From Chiloscyllium plagiosum (lineage: Eukaryota): a DNA stretch of 49,228 nucleotides. Shown here in pieces: positions 36,191-48,614 of this stretch. The stretch is from positions 10,748,344-10,797,571 of the forward strand of contig NC_057754.1 of the NCBI RefSeq assembly GCF_004010195.1, given 5' to 3'. A program made the translations under genes and the position numbers. Positions within the stretch are counted from its first letter, which is position 1. The number at the start of each line of letters is the position of its first letter. The notes under the pieces were generated by a model. It was given only the letters and a program-made list of their open reading frames with translations. It had not been told where the DNA came from and ran no database searches.

Positions 36191-36409
36191 GCTGGAAATG
36201 TGTTGCTGGTAAAGCGCAGCAGGTCAGGCAGCATCCAGGGAACAGGAGAATCGACGTTTCGGGCATAAGCCCTTCTTCAGGAATGAGGAAGAAGGGCTTA
36301 TGCCCGAAACGTCAATTCTCCTGTTCCCTGTATGCTGCCTGACCTGCTGCGCTTTTCCAGCAACACATTTCCAGCTCTGATCTCCAGCATCTGCAGACCT
36401 CACTTTCTC
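36191..36409. mobile_element. Young fold-back PLE-derived element with hammerhead core
   Basis: Inverted arms with 9-nt spacer; intact minus core CTGAAGA-A-GGGC-TTAT-GCCC-GAAACGTC at 36253-36280; 15-bp TSD CTTGAAGGAAGCTGG at 36176-36190 and 36410-36424. Confidence 0.92.
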
Positions 36410-36635
36410 CTTGAAGGAAGCTGGCCCCTGTTGTAGAAGCGCTGGTTCCCATTGACATGGATGTGTCTCCAGTATGTGGGATCACACCGTTCCCACGTCT
36501 CCACAATGCAAGTACCAGTCTTTATTCTGGACAAGTAACACTGACAGAGGATAATTGACATTTAGGAGCTACGATCTGAAGCATGAACTCACTGACAGCC
36601 TGCACCGGGAGATCGTACAAGCTGCTGGACCACTA

Positions 36636-36709
36636 GTCTCTGTGGCGCAACTGGTCAGCACGTTCAGCTGTTAAGCGAAAGATTAGCAATTTCACATCAT
36701 CCGAAGTGC
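36636..36709 (+). pseudogene. Degenerate tRNA-Asn(GTT)
   Basis: GTCTCTGTGGCGCAACTGGTCAGCACGTTCAGCTGTTAAGCGAAAG matches the 5' two-thirds of vertebrate tRNA-Asn; T-arm and acceptor 3' strand decayed. Confidence 0.82.
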
Positions 36710-37859
36710 AGAGTTCGCACTGTTTTCATTCCAGCAGTTTTCCTGACTGCACAGTTCCGGGTCATTAATGAGGTCAAGATGTTCCTCAAAAAACGATTCT
36801 AATCCAGTGAGTAACCGCAAACGTGTTTCAAATTATTTAAATGGCATCACGCATGGCAATGGGATTAATCATGTAAGGTCAAATTACACACCAAATGGGA
36901 CTGAAGTTTGAGATTTTCACCCACAGAGGCAGACAGGCGGACTCATCCCCACTACAGTGACATAGGCCTCAGGATTATACCTTTGCCTCATGTCAGGTCT
37001 CCGGCCCCACGCACAAGTTTCTCCAACAAAAGGCAGCTTGAGGTGGGACACTAGTGATTTCTCCAGGCAATGGGAATGGTTGCAGTGAGCTGGGATATGA
37101 AATGGACAGTGAGCTGAAATAGTCCCACAAGCTGCTCAAGTGCAACTTGCAATTTCCAAAACCCATCCGAGCAAATCCCTGTGGCTCCTGGGAATCTGAC
37201 TAGTTAGCGCCAGGCAGACATTCCTCACTGAAAACAATTAATACACAGCCAATTCTAAACACTTTCATGTCGCATTTTTTTCTGCTTTTGACTCTGTCTG
37301 ACCTCCAGCTCCCTCTGACTGTCCAGTTTCGACGGCGATGGGCTGCTTGACACAAACACAGGCAGATCACCAGGCCAAACTTTAAGTGGAGAGCAGGAGT
37401 AGGGAATGTCAGACGCAAGGTACTGAGAAGCGATCGGTTTGTACACGGCTGGAAAAGAGACAACAGGGTCTCATCTTCCTGATTCTCCCAGATACTGCTC
37501 CTAGGAACGTGCACAGTGCCAGTTATCTCCAGTCACAATGTTCCAATGGAATACATGCCGGTCAGACAGATCAGGGGAGCGTCCGTTCAACTCCTTCTTG
37601 CCTTGGGTGTATTTTTGTAACTTCACAAACTGAGCTGACTGCAACTGATGTACAGCACAGAAAAAGGCTCTTCTGCCCATTAACTCTGTGCCAGCCAAAG
37701 GCAAAGAATTGACTGTTCATAGAACTTGGCACATAGCCTGCACCTAAGGGTTTCTGTCTGCTCCACCGTGACAGGCAGTGGATTTGATCACTATTTGTAT
37801 TGGATATTTTTCTTGACTTGGAAACAAGAAAAGGTAGGCAAACTCCACTCCTGCCCTCA

Positions 37860-37940
37860 GCTCTCAAGTAGGTTCGAGCCTATGCAGGGAAACTCCAATA
37901 GATTTCCAATCTAACGCTTTAACCACTCGGCCACAACCAC
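37860..37940 (-). pseudogene. Degenerate tRNA-Ser
   Basis: Reverse complement GTGGTTGTGGCCGAGTGGTTAAAGCGTTAGATTGGAAATCTATTGGAGTTTCCCTGCATAGGCTCGAACCTAC; acceptor 3' strand lost; GGA at the anticodon position. Confidence 0.82.
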
Positions 37941-38230
37941 TGAAACATGCTACTGGCTGCTTTTCTGGGACATTCGCCCTATGAAGCTGAGGAAAAATTA
38001 GTCTTTCATCGGTTTATTTGAATCCGGTCACTTCACAGATTTCTGAAGGGTTAAATGTATTTGGTAGGCCTCGTTGTTTCATTACAAAATTTGAAATTAA
38101 CATGCATTTACAATTGAACAGAAGTTACTCGAGAAACTCAATAGATCAGGCAGCGCCTGTGGAGACAGAAACAGAGTTGACATTTCTGAACTTCTTTCGA
38201 ACTTTATTAGTATTCTGTTTTCACCCACAC

Positions 38231-38512
38231 ATGGTGTGGACTCTCCCCGTGTCTGCGTGGATTTCCTCCGGGTGCTCCAGCTTCCTCCCACAATCCAAAA
38301 ATGTGCAGGTTAAGTGAATTGTTTAGGTGAATTTAGGTGAATACTAAATTGCCCATAGTGTTCAGGGTTGTGTAGGTTAGGGGGTACATGTAGAGTAATA
38401 GGGTAGGGGAAAGAGTCTGGGTGGGTTACTCTTTGGAGGGTTGATGTGGACTTGTTGGGCCAAATGGCCTGTTTCCACATTGTAGGGATTCTATGCCTGT
38501 AGGGATTCTATG
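38231..38512 (+). mobile_element. HE1-type SINE, 5'-truncated, lying within a degenerate fold-back element (about 38115-38590)
   Basis: CTCCCCGTGTCTGCGTGGATTTCCTCCGGGTGCTCC body; duplicated TGTAGGGATTCTATG tail. Confidence 0.85.
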
Positions 38513-38730
38513 GCATGCTGCCAGATGTCCTGAGTTCTTCCAACAAATTCTGGTGTTGCTTTCGATTTCCAGCATCCACAGTTCTTTACATTAGTCATTT
38601 AAACCAATATAAAAACTTCAAGATTAATGGCAAGGTAAAAATTATGTTTGGGGGAGCGTTTTCCTGACCCCATTTCCAACATGGAAATGTGCAGCAAAGA
38701 GAACTGATCAAGTGGAAAAAGCGATAACGT

Positions 38731-38766
38731 CGTACCTGGGTGGTGTCGAATCCACGCTACAAAAAC
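38731..38766 (-). pseudogene. tRNA-Asn remnant with internal deletion
   Basis: Reverse complement GTTTTTGTAGCG|TGGATTCGACACCACCCAGGTACG equals the 5' and 3' ends of tRNA-Asn, followed by a T-run; its upstream flank is homologous to that of the 36636 copy. Confidence 0.65.
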
Positions 38767-39264
38767 TGGTGTGCAGCAGCTTGCACCATCCCATAAAGCA
38801 GGCTCGTGGGGAGTTCAAGCTTCAGACTGTGTCTCCCAGAATGACAATTGTCCTCTATCAGTTTTACATTTCTAAAATAAAGGTTGGGACAATCTTTACG
38901 GAGACATGGGATTAGTCTGATTCCACCTTCGCAAACACATCCATGTCATGGTGAACAAGCTCTCCTACAACTGGGGCCATCTTTGTTTGAGCCAGTGTTT
39001 TGTCTGTTCCTGACTTTTCCTATTGTCCCGGAGCCAAGGTGGGGTTTGAATTCCTGATGTGCCTGAATGAGAATTCTTTCACTGTCTCAGTTCAGTTAAT
39101 GTCCCAGAGAACATCAGAGTCAATGTCGCAACCTCTTAAAGACGGGGAAAGTGTCTCGAATGTCTCTACTCATTTGGACAGTTCACCCTTCATTCTCCTC
39201 TAATCCCAGTTCCCAAAGAGTTTCCAAAGATGCAAAAATCCGGATAGTGGGCCTTCTGTTCTGT

Positions 39265-40692
39265 TTAGAACATAGAACAGTACATCACAGTATAGGGCAA
39301 TTGGCCCTCGATGCTCTGCAGGTGTCTATCCTACTCTACATTCAGACTAAGCAACAGACCCTTCGTTGCACTGTCTTCCACATGCCTACACAAGAGACAC
39401 TTAAATGTCCCTAATGTATTTGACTCTACTACCACTGCTGGCAGTGCATTCCACGCACTAAAGAACCTGCCTCTGACATTTCCTTTAAACATTCATCCAA
39501 TTGCCTGAAAATTATGCCCCCTCGTGATAGACATTTCTGCCAGGGAATAAGTCTCTGGCTACCCACTCTATCTATGCCTCTCAATGTCTTGTATATCTCT
39601 ATTCAGCCATCTCTCATCCTTCTTCACTCCAATGAGAAAAGCCCTAGCTCCTTCAGACTTTCTTCATAAGACATTCCCTCCAGTACAGGCATCATCCTCG
39701 TAGATCTCCTCCGTACCCTCTCTAAATATTCCACATCTTTCCTCTAATGAGTCAGCCAGAACTGAACACAATATTACAAGTATGGCCTAACCAGGACTCT
39801 ATAGAACTGTGGCATAACCTTGTGGCTCTTAAACTCAATTCCCCTGCAAGTGAAAACCAACACACCATATGCCTTCTTGACAACACTATCAACCTTGGTG
39901 GCAACCTTGAAGGATCTATGGACATGGACTTCAAGATCACTCTGTTCTTCCACACTGTCAAGAATCCTGCCTTTAACCCTGCCATATGTATTCAAATTTG
40001 ACCTTTCAAAGTGAATGACATGTCACTTTTCCACGTTGAACCCCATCTGCTATTTATCAGCCCAGTTCAACATTCCTGTCAATGTCCCATTGCAAACTAC
40101 AACAGCCCTCCACACTATCCACAACTCCATCAACATTTGTGTCATTGGCAAACTTACTAACCCAGCCTTCCACTTCATCATCCAAGTCATTTATAAAAAC
40201 CAAAACGAGCAGAGGTCCCAGAACAGAACCCCATGGAATACTACTGGTCACTGAGCTCCAGGCTGAATACTTTCCATCTACCACTACCCTCTGTCTTCTA
40301 AGGACCAGCTAATTTTATACCTAGACAGACATGCTTCCCTGTATCCCATGCCTTCTTACTTTCTGAATGAGCCTACCATGGGGAACCTTATCAAGTGCCT
40401 TGCTAAAATCCATGTACACCATATCCATTGCTCTATCTTCATCAAAAACTTTTTGTCACATCCTCAAAGAATTCAAAAGATTTGTGAAGCATGACCAGCC
40501 CCTCACAAAGCCATGTTGACTATCTCTAATCAAACTATGGCTTTCCAAGCAATCATAAATCCTGTCTCTCAGAATCCTCTCCACTTTGCACACCACAGAT
40601 GCAAGACCGACTGGTCGGCAATTCCCAGGATTATCCCTGTTTCTTTTCTTGAACAAGGGAATAACATTTGCCACCCTCCAATCATCTGGCAT
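39265..40692 (-). mobile_element. CR1 LINE, 5'-truncated
   Basis: DWRVANVIPLFKKRNRDNPGNCRPV, SQHGFVRGWSCFTNL, GSVLGPLLVLVFINDLD, SKFANDT; AGAACAT tail. Confidence 0.93.
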
Positions 40693-40719
40693 TTTCAGCA
40701 TTTGTTCTGCTCTGACTTA

Positions 40720-42345
40720 CATGCAGCAGAGTTAAGGGTCAGAGGACCTAAACCCAGAGAAGGGGGTCATCCATTTAATACAGAAATGAGGAGAATTTTC
40801 TCTTTCAGAGGATAGCAAATCTAGAATTATTTATTTACAATAGAGGGCTTTCAAGACTAGGTATATTCAAGACTGAAGTAGACAGATATTTAGTCACTCA
40901 GGCAATAAATGATCATGACAAGAAAGTGGAGTTGACAATGATCAAATCAGCCATGATCTAATTGAAAAATGAAGGAGACCTGATGGACCAAATAGCATCT
41001 ATCTGCCCCGATTACTTATGGTCTCAGCCCAGTGTCTGTCATTTGGAAAATACTAAAGACCATTGCTAAGGAAGAAATAGCAGGACATTTTGAAAAGATT
41101 ATTGCAGCCAAATTAAATTAGCATCTGTGTTGAAAGGGAAGTTACATTTAAGATGTTTGCTGGAGTTCTTTGCAGATATGACAACAGAATTGATAAAAGG
41201 ACATGTAGGTGATGTGTATTTGAATTTCTAGTAGGCACTCAATGAGAAGGCATACATAAGTCATTCCACAAGTTAGGAGATCACGGTATTGGGTAATAAT
41301 TGAACAGGGACTAACCATTGTTTAACAAACAGAAGACAGAAATGGGCATTTTTCAGGTTCAAAAGATGCAACCTGTGGAGTGCCAGAACGATCAGTTTTA
41401 GGCCCTCAATTATTTACCTCTACAATAAAGACATGGATGAAGTGGCAGAGTGTAATGAGTTCAATTTTGCTGATGATACAATATAAATGTGAGAGCATGT
41501 TGCAATGAGGACATGGGAATCTGTAAGGGGGTATAGATAAGTGGAGTGAGTGAGCAAAATCTTGGCAGATGCAGTTTAATGGAGGGAGTGTGAGGTCATC
41601 CAATTTGGCATGAAGAGTCAAACAGCAGATTATTATTAAAATCAAGAGAAACTCCAAAGAAACGTGCTGTGCAGAGGGACCAGGGTTCTTGTGCATAAAA
41701 CAGACAAAGGTTATTGAGATACATTAAACATGTCGTAAGACAAATGAACATTTTTTTCCCTTTATTACTACGGTTTGAAGATTTAGAAAAGGAAGTCTTG
41801 CTACAAACAGAGCGTTCCAGTGAGTCCACACATACAATTTGTACAATTTTGGACCGTTAATTCAAAAAAAGACATCAAGCTATTGGAGGCTATTCAAAGG
41901 GATTGATTCCTACGATGAAGGTTAAGAACGATGACCATAGTTTATTAGATTTTAGAAGAATGAGGGGTGATCTTATTTTAAACAGTACAAGGTTCTGGCG
42001 GGGCTTGACAGGATTGATGTTAAGATCTTTACACAAGTGGGCAAATCTTGAACTAGGAATATGTTTACAAAATACAGTGGCACTGAGTTGGATGTGAAGA
42101 ATTTGCTCACTGAGAGTAGAGAATATCCGGAATTATCTGCACCAAATAGTTGTGGAGGCGAGATCACTGAAAGTATTCCAAAGGCAGTAAATAGACTGTT
42201 TTCCTTCAAAAAAAATCCAACTTTAGTAATATAAGGATCTGGGAGAAAATAGGAATTGAGGCCTGCTGCAGATTATCTCTGATGTTGTTGAATGGTGGTT
42301 CATATCAGAGGGGCTGAATGTACTCTTCTTGTTCCTATTTCCAAC
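40720..42345 (+). mobile_element. Two degenerate CR1 3' fragments in tandem (about 40720-41030 and 41035-42345)
   Basis: GGHPFNTEMRRIFS, FADDT codons TTTGCTGATGATACA near 41466, DFRRMRGDLI, CR1 3' UTRs. Confidence 0.82.
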
Positions 42346-42399
42346 GTCCTCATGTTGTCACCAGACGGGACAGTGTGCCCCTTGTCCTCCGGCTGGAGA

Positions 42400-42760
42400 G
42401 GTTCGAGCAAGCGCAGTGGCCACGGTGATTGGATCATGCGAAAAACATAGCCGGGTTGACGCATGCGACGTGTGAGGGCTCACTCTGCAGGAACGTGACG
42501 GTATTGGCTCCGTAACCGGTGAGAAAAAAAACAGATTTACGAGGGTCTTGGCGGAGGCCATGTGGACGGGAAGGCTTCATAAATGTACAGTGGAAACATA
42601 ATACCCCAAATAAAGCACTCTGGTTCAGCATTGACAACGAACGGGCCGGAGGCAGCGAGGTCGCGTCTCTCGGCGAAAGCCCCCTGTAACGACCGCCATC
42701 TTTGTAGGGAGAAAGGGGCATCAGGGCGCATGTGCGGTCATCTTGCCAGGAGTGAGGATG
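42400..42760 (+). promoter_or_regulatory. CpG-rich putative promoter / first exon of the zinc-finger gene
   Basis: Local CpG enrichment in CpG-poor surroundings; YY1-type CCGCCATCTT at 42693-42702; NRF1-like GCGCATGTGCG at 42726-42736; 2.7 kb upstream of the ZNF ORF. Confidence 0.55.
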
Positions 42761-43139
42761 TTGTGAATGTCTCTCCTGGATTGACAGGGATGGAATTTAT
42801 AAACACCTTTTACAGGAGGTGTGCAGGGGAGCATTAGCACACAGCAAACCCAAGTCAAGCGACAGACAGACAGAAAGTTCACGAAATCTCAGGTCTGATA
42901 ATATCAAGGACTGAGAAACAGCTTCCACTTTTCAAATGACAAAGACGAGTAACTGGACTGAAATGTTAATTCTGATGTAGTTTTATCAGTTGCTGCTGGA
43001 CCTGCAAAGTCTCTGCAGCATTTTCTGTTCTCATTTTTCTGGCATTTGCAGTAACGGTTTTTATTCAAGGGGAATGTTTATTTCATCTGAACTTCTATCC
43101 TGAACTCACCCCAAAGTTAATGTAAATTTTATTTTGCAG

Positions 43140-43301
43140 AATATTGGAAGCAGAGAATCAACAGCTGGGGAACCTAAATCAAATGTAAAATCTAGATCTG
43201 ACAGAGTCACTTAATTCATCAGGATGTGATTATCATCAAGTGTTTCATTTGTGAGGAAAAGATTTGATACTTCCAACTGTGGACAAAGATTTCAGCTGCA
43301 A
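43140..43301 (+). other. Putative 5' UTR exon of the zinc-finger gene
   Basis: Acceptor TTTTATTTTGCAG ends at 43139; donor CAA|GTAAGA at 43302. Confidence 0.45.
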
Positions 43302-43585
43302 GTAAGAGTAATTAATTGGCAAAATGCCAACACCTGTAGAGTATGAATTAGAAGCAAAACTAAACAATGATCTGCCTTTAAAGAAGAATTACTGCTGACA
43401 TAGTAATGCTACATATTTTCCTGCTGTTGCATAAGACAGTGCCTTTCAAGGATTAACTCAGAACCTTTGGTACAGTCCAATGAATTGAGACGTAGATGAC
43501 TGTGTCTAAGCAGTGCCAGTTGGATTCTCGTTTCTTGTTCAGTTACTTGTTCTATGTTACAATCGCATGTCGCCCTGACTTAGTA

Positions 43586-43921
43586 TGGCAGCACAGTGGC
43601 TCAGTGGTTAGCACTGCTGCCTCAAAGTGCCAGGGACCTGAGTTTGATTCCCTCCTCAGGCAACTGTCTGTGTGGAGTTTGCACATTCTCCCTGTGTCTG
43701 CGTGCATTTCCTCTGGGTGCTCCTGTTTCCTCTCGCAATCCAAAGATGTGCATGTCAGGTGAATTGGCCGTACTAAATTGCCCATAGTGTTAGATGCATT
43801 AGTCAGGGTAAATATAGCATAGGGGAAGAGGTCTGGATAGGTTACTCTTCAGATGGTCAGTGTGGACTTGTTGGGCCAAAGGCCCTGTTTCCATACTGTA
43901 GGGAATCTAATCTAATCTAAT
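43586..43921 (+). mobile_element. HE1-type SINE, full length
   Basis: GGCAGCACAGTGGCTCAGTGGTTAGCACTGCTGCCTCA head; (AATCT)n tail. Confidence 0.92.
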
Positions 43922-44019
43922 GCCTGTTACCAAGCGTGAATGTTTAACCTGTTATCTTATTGTTACTTCTGTTATTTTAGTACTCCTCTTCTGCCAAAGA
44001 CTCATTAGTTCATCACTTA

Positions 44020-45165
44020 ATATTAGCAAGTAGAATGGTATTAGAAGGAGGATTAGTGTCAGCATGTCTACACAAAGAAGATCCAAGCAAAACCAAGTGT
44101 CAGCTGCAGGCATACATTACAGCACGCACAAAGCAGAATGTTAGAGAAAACAAATCCAAAGCACACAAGATGGCAAAATAAAGAAATTCAAATGAATGAC
44201 TAAAGAGTGCTTGTGACAGATGTCAGTTTGCCAGTTCAACTAGAACCAGGAGGAATTTGGAAGGTTCAGGGGAAACTAAATGAGCAAATAAGAGAGGCAA
44301 AGAGAAAGGATGAGCAGAAAGAAGAAGGAAAAATAAAAGGCTTATTGATTCAGGCTTGTCAGCATATAAATTGTAAATATGATAAATGAGAAGTGAAGCC
44401 AATTAGGAATTGATAAATAGATTTACAGCTGGAGGCAGAGAGACAGCTGAGGTATAAAATGTAGATTGCCACGGAATTTGATGATACCAGAGCCATGGTG
44501 AAAGAGGGAGAAATTGAGGCACTACATGTGTTTAAAGTTGACAAGGAGGAGGCATCAGATAGGTTGTATGTTAATGTTGATAAGGCATCAGAATCAGATG
44601 ACACTGAGGGAAATGAGTGTAGAGGTTCAGGAGGCAAATCAGTCCCCCTAAGAATCAGGGGTGGTGACAAAATCCTGCAGAATTGTTCAAAAAGGCAGTA
44701 GAAACAAGCTCAACAATGACAGGTCAGTCAGTTCACTTTGGTGGTGGCGAAGCCTACAAAACCAATGATTCAGGACAAAATGAACAAAATTTGGTGTATT
44801 TCAGAAAAGCCAATACAGATTTGTTATAGACAAAATATGTTTTGCTACCTTGCTTACATTTTTGATGTAGTAACAAAGAACATTGTTACAGTTAATGTTA
44901 TTAATGTACTTTACATGGACTTCCAAAATGCATTTGAGCAAATGTCATGCAATAGGTTTGAGAGTGAGGTTAGAAGTTAATGGAAACACAAGACCAGAGG
45001 CAACTTGAAGTTGAAACTGACTGACAGGAGAAAGAGATTACTGATTACTGGATACTTTCAGGCTGCAGGAAGGTTAATAGTGGAGTTCCCTAGGAATTGC
45101 TGTTCGGAATCCTACCTTTCCTGATTTACATAAATGATTTAGGGCATAATTTCAAAACCTGCAGA
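44020..45165 (+). mobile_element. Highly degenerate CR1 ORF2 remnant
   Basis: IREAKRKDE, NVLYMDFQNAFEQM, SGVP...FLIYINDL. Confidence 0.7.
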
Positions 45166-45451
45166 GTCTTCCGTAGGTCCAGACCAGAGGCAGGTTCCCT
45201 TCCCTGAACGACATCAGTGAACCAGTTGGGTATTTGTGACAGTCCAGTAGCTTTCATTGTCACTTTTATCACATGCCAGCCCCACAATTGACCAGATTCA
45301 TTGAGCTGCTTTTCATAACCTGCCTTTGTGATTTTATGTTTCTGTCTCACTCTCTTTATTCTGTTTTTCAAACCAGTTTCACAGGGTGTTACAAACAGAG
45401 CATCTACAATAAGGAAACTGAAACCAATCATTATATCAGGATTGGACAGAT

Positions 45452-46615
45452 ATGCCCCATTTGCCACAACCTGAATCGCAACGGACTTTGAACATGGAAG
45501 GAAAAAACACCATTCACAGTGGAGAGAAACGATGGAAATGTGGAGATTGTGGAGAAAGGTTCCGTTACTTGTCAGTGCTGGAAATTCATCGCCGTAGTCA
45601 CACTGGGGAAAGACCATTCACCTGCACAGAGTGTGGGAAAGGATTCACGCGGTCATCCATCTTACTGAAACACCAGCGAGTTCACACTGGGGAGAGACCT
45701 TTTAAATGCCCAGTTTGTGGAATGTGCTATAAAAGTTCCAGCAACTTAATGGCCCATTTACGTGTCCACAGTGATGAAAGACCTTTCCAATGCCCAGACT
45801 GTGGGAAGTGCTATAAAGGTTCTGGGGATCTGATGCGCCATCAACATATTCACACTGAGGAGAGGCCTTTTAAGTGCCCAAATTGTGGGAAGTGCTACAA
45901 AAGTCCCAGGGCACTAATGAACCATCAACAAGTTCACACAGAGGAGAGACCTTTCGAATGCTTAGACTGTGGGAAATGTTTTAAAACATCCAGCAATCTG
46001 ATATCCCATCGGCGTGTTCACACTGATGAGAGACCTTTCAAATGCACCGACTGCGGGAAATGCTTTAAAAGTTCGAGAGATTTGATGAACCATCAACGTG
46101 TTCACTCTGATGATAAACCTTTTAAATGTTCAGACTGTGGAAATTGCTTTAAAAGTTCTGGGGAACTGATGTCCCATCAACGTGTTCACACTGATGAGAA
46201 ACCTTTCAAATGTTTGGATTGTGGGAAATGCTATAAAAGTTCTGGAGAACTGACTTCGCATCAACGTGTTCATACTGAGGAGAGATGGTTCACGTGTTCC
46301 CAGTGTGGGACCAGATTCAGACGATCGTTTGATCTCACGGAACACCGGCGAATTCACACTGGGGAGAAGCCGTTCACCTGCTCCGTGTGTGGGAAGGAAT
46401 TTACTCGGTCCTGTCGCCTTGTGGCACACCAGCGAGTTCACACTGAGGAGAGACCGTTCAGATGCTCTCACTGTGGGTCTGGGTTCAGGCAATCATCCCA
46501 TCTCACTGCGCACCAGCGAGTTCACACTGGAGAAAGGCCATTTGCCTGCACAGAGTGTGGGAAGAGATTCACTCGGACTTGTAACCTGCTGAGACACCAA
46601 CGAGTTCACAAGTGA
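45452..46615 (+). CDS. C2H2 zinc-finger protein, 13 tandem fingers, no KRAB/SCAN/BTB domain seen
   Basis: 387-aa ORF with 13 intact CxxC-x12-HxxxH fingers and TGE[KR]PF-type linkers. The in-frame ATG at 45494 (AACATGG, strong Kozak context) may be the real start; acceptor ...TTTCACAG ends at 45384. Confidence 0.95.
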   Translation: MPHLPQPESQRTLNMEGKNTIHSGEKRWKCGDCGERFRYLSVLEIHRRSHTGERPFTCTECGKGFTRSSILLKHQRVHTGERPFKCPVCGMCYKSSSNLMAHLRVHSDERPFQCPDCGKCYKGSGDLMRHQHIHTEERPFKCPNCGKCYKSPRALMNHQQVHTEERPFECLDCGKCFKTSSNLISHRRVHTDERPFKCTDCGKCFKSSRDLMNHQRVHSDDKPFKCSDCGNCFKSSGELMSHQRVHTDEKPFKCLDCGKCYKSSGELTSHQRVHTEERWFTCSQCGTRFRRSFDLTEHRRIHTGEKPFTCSVCGKEFTRSCRLVAHQRVHTEERPFRCSHCGSGFRQSSHLTAHQRVHTGERPFACTECGKRFTRTCNLLRHQRVHK

Positions 46616-47711
46616 CGTTAGGAGTTGGATCTTTCTGTTAATTACTTCCAGGACTGAATCTTGTTCATTGCTTTCCTTTCTCCTGATGTTAACAAATTCA
46701 AACATCATTTTTGGTGTTACCATCCTGAATGAAAGGCAACTAAATCGGCTTTGTGTTAAACACGTAATGTGTTTAGACATGTTAATATCTCAGATATAGT
46801 ACGATTACCTTTGTAGAACTTTCTCTTTCCCTTGTCGCCTCTGGGTTCACCTTCAACTTGTGTGAGTCATGCTCTGGCAATGAGCTTTCAGTTCAGATGG
46901 GGAGCTGTACAGTTGCAAGAAACCTTGATTATGTTTAAACAAAATTTCTGCAGTTGAATATATGTTGCATAAGTTACTTGAGTGGAAAATAATAAGTAGA
47001 AACTGTGTACTGCAGAAAGCATGGAGTGAATGTTCAAGCACTGAGCACTAAAATGACAAGCACCCCATTGCTTGAGTAAGATGATTGGAGGAAATGAGTG
47101 AGTGGGAGTGGATATAAAATTATGAGAACGTGAGCCCCACAGAAATCAGAAGGAAGGTGACGGAGATTGGCCACTCACAAAACTTTTGAAGTTTTACCAA
47201 TAAATAATTTTTTCACAACTAACCTGGTGATTTCGTGTGTGCTTCATTCTGAAAACTTCGGGCCCAATACCATATGTCTGTGATTACATGTTGGCATTGT
47301 ACGTGTTCATGTTACTGTCAGTTTGACGACCATTTGAGTCTGCCTCAAGATGGCAGCAGCGGCAGGGTGGGGCAGCCTTCAGGCTTCTGGGTAAAAGCAG
47401 CTCTGTTGATGATCTACATTGACATTGTTTATAAGTGTTGAACCATTAAATAATACTAGGATGAATTTGACATGTGAATGTTTTGAAGGAACATCATCAG
47501 GCAACAAGATTTTGAGAGAATTTTCACAGTGACTCAAATAGCATTTTCTAAGCAATCTACTCATCCCAAAATCTAGCTGTAGTGTTTAAGCTGTCTGTGT
47601 TTTACCTTCAATTCTTCAGACAAATAAGCTGCTGTTGCTGTCATGCAGTAGCCACAGCAGACTTTACATGTTCCTTTAGACTTCAGGTCACTTGATGTTG
47701 ACATTTCTTTT

Positions 47712-47914
47712 TGGATTAGTGGTGCTGGAAGAGCACAGCAGTTCAGCCAGCGTCCGAGGAGCAGCAAGATCGACGTTTCGGGCAAAAGCCCTTCATTAGG
47801 AATAAAGGCAGAGAGCCTGAAGCGTGGAGAGATAAGCTAGAGGAGGGTGGGGGTGGGGAGAAAGTAGCATGGAGTATAATAGGTTAGGGGGGGTGGGGAT
47901 GAAGGTGATAGGTT
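47712..47914 (-). mobile_element. PLE terminal fragment with mutated hammerhead core
   Basis: Same arm as 4048-4133, continuing into purine-rich element body; core reads CTAATGA on minus. Confidence 0.8.
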
Positions 47915-48054
47915 GTCAAAGCTAGAAAGTTTTCAATAATATCCTTCACATCAAGTTGGCCTTATATGCCAACGGCATGAAGCAAGACCGGAGAGGTCGG
48001 CATTGTAGAAGGGGATTTACTTTGATTCAGACCTCATACTCCCATCACTTTCTA

Positions 48055-48450
48055 TGGTTCAGATGGACACAATATCGGACTGAAGCTGTATTCACTCTTG
48101 AACATAATGAATGATCCAGCCTCAACAGCTTTCTGTGGTAAATGATTCCACAGATTCACTATGCACTGAGAGAAGAAATTACTTCACATGTCTTAAATTG
48201 CTCCTCCTTGTTTTGAGATTACACCCTCTGGTCATAGATTCTCCCACAAAGGGAAATAAGCTTTCTGCATCTAACCTGTTAAATCCTGATGAAGAGTCAA
48301 AAGGCTCACAAAGTTAACTCGACTTTCTTCCCCCAGATGTTCCCAGACCTGCTGGGTTTCTCCAGCAATTTCTGTTTTTGTTTTAGATCTTAAGATCCAT
48401 AGTTCTTTCTTTTACTTTTCCCCTGAGAATCTTGTATGTTTAAATAACAC
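48055..48450 (-). mobile_element. CR1 3' fragment carrying a degenerate PLE-derived insert at about 48285-48420
   Basis: TGATTCCACAGATTCACTA...GAGAAGAAAT...ACCCTCTGGTC (CR1 antisense); insert starts CTGATGAAGAGTCA and carries CAGACCTGCTGGGTTTCTCCAGCAATTTCTG. Confidence 0.65.
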
Positions 48451-48614
48451 ATGGTGCTTTTTTGCAGTACTGTGGCTGAGTAGCCTTAGGCAGAGGATGT
48501 TGGTGTTTCCTCCTGTTTGTTCCCAGTTTCATGTGATACTTTCAGGTTGAAATGAAACCCTCAGTAATTCTGTTGTGTCTGATGTCAGCAATTCATGGTT
48601 TTTTTTGAGCTTCG

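Noticed and set aside
37200..37914. Cluster of 60-108 aa ORFs on both strands
   Set aside because: No motifs or splice structure; probably tRNA-cluster spacer DNA.
2169..43921. tRNA-like heads GGCACAGTGGTTAGCACTGCTGCCTCA as tRNA genes
   Set aside because: They continue into SINE body and tail, so they are HE1-type SINEs.
45126..46780. Alternative-frame and antisense ORFs over the zinc-finger gene
   Set aside because: By-products of the repetitive ZNF codon pattern.
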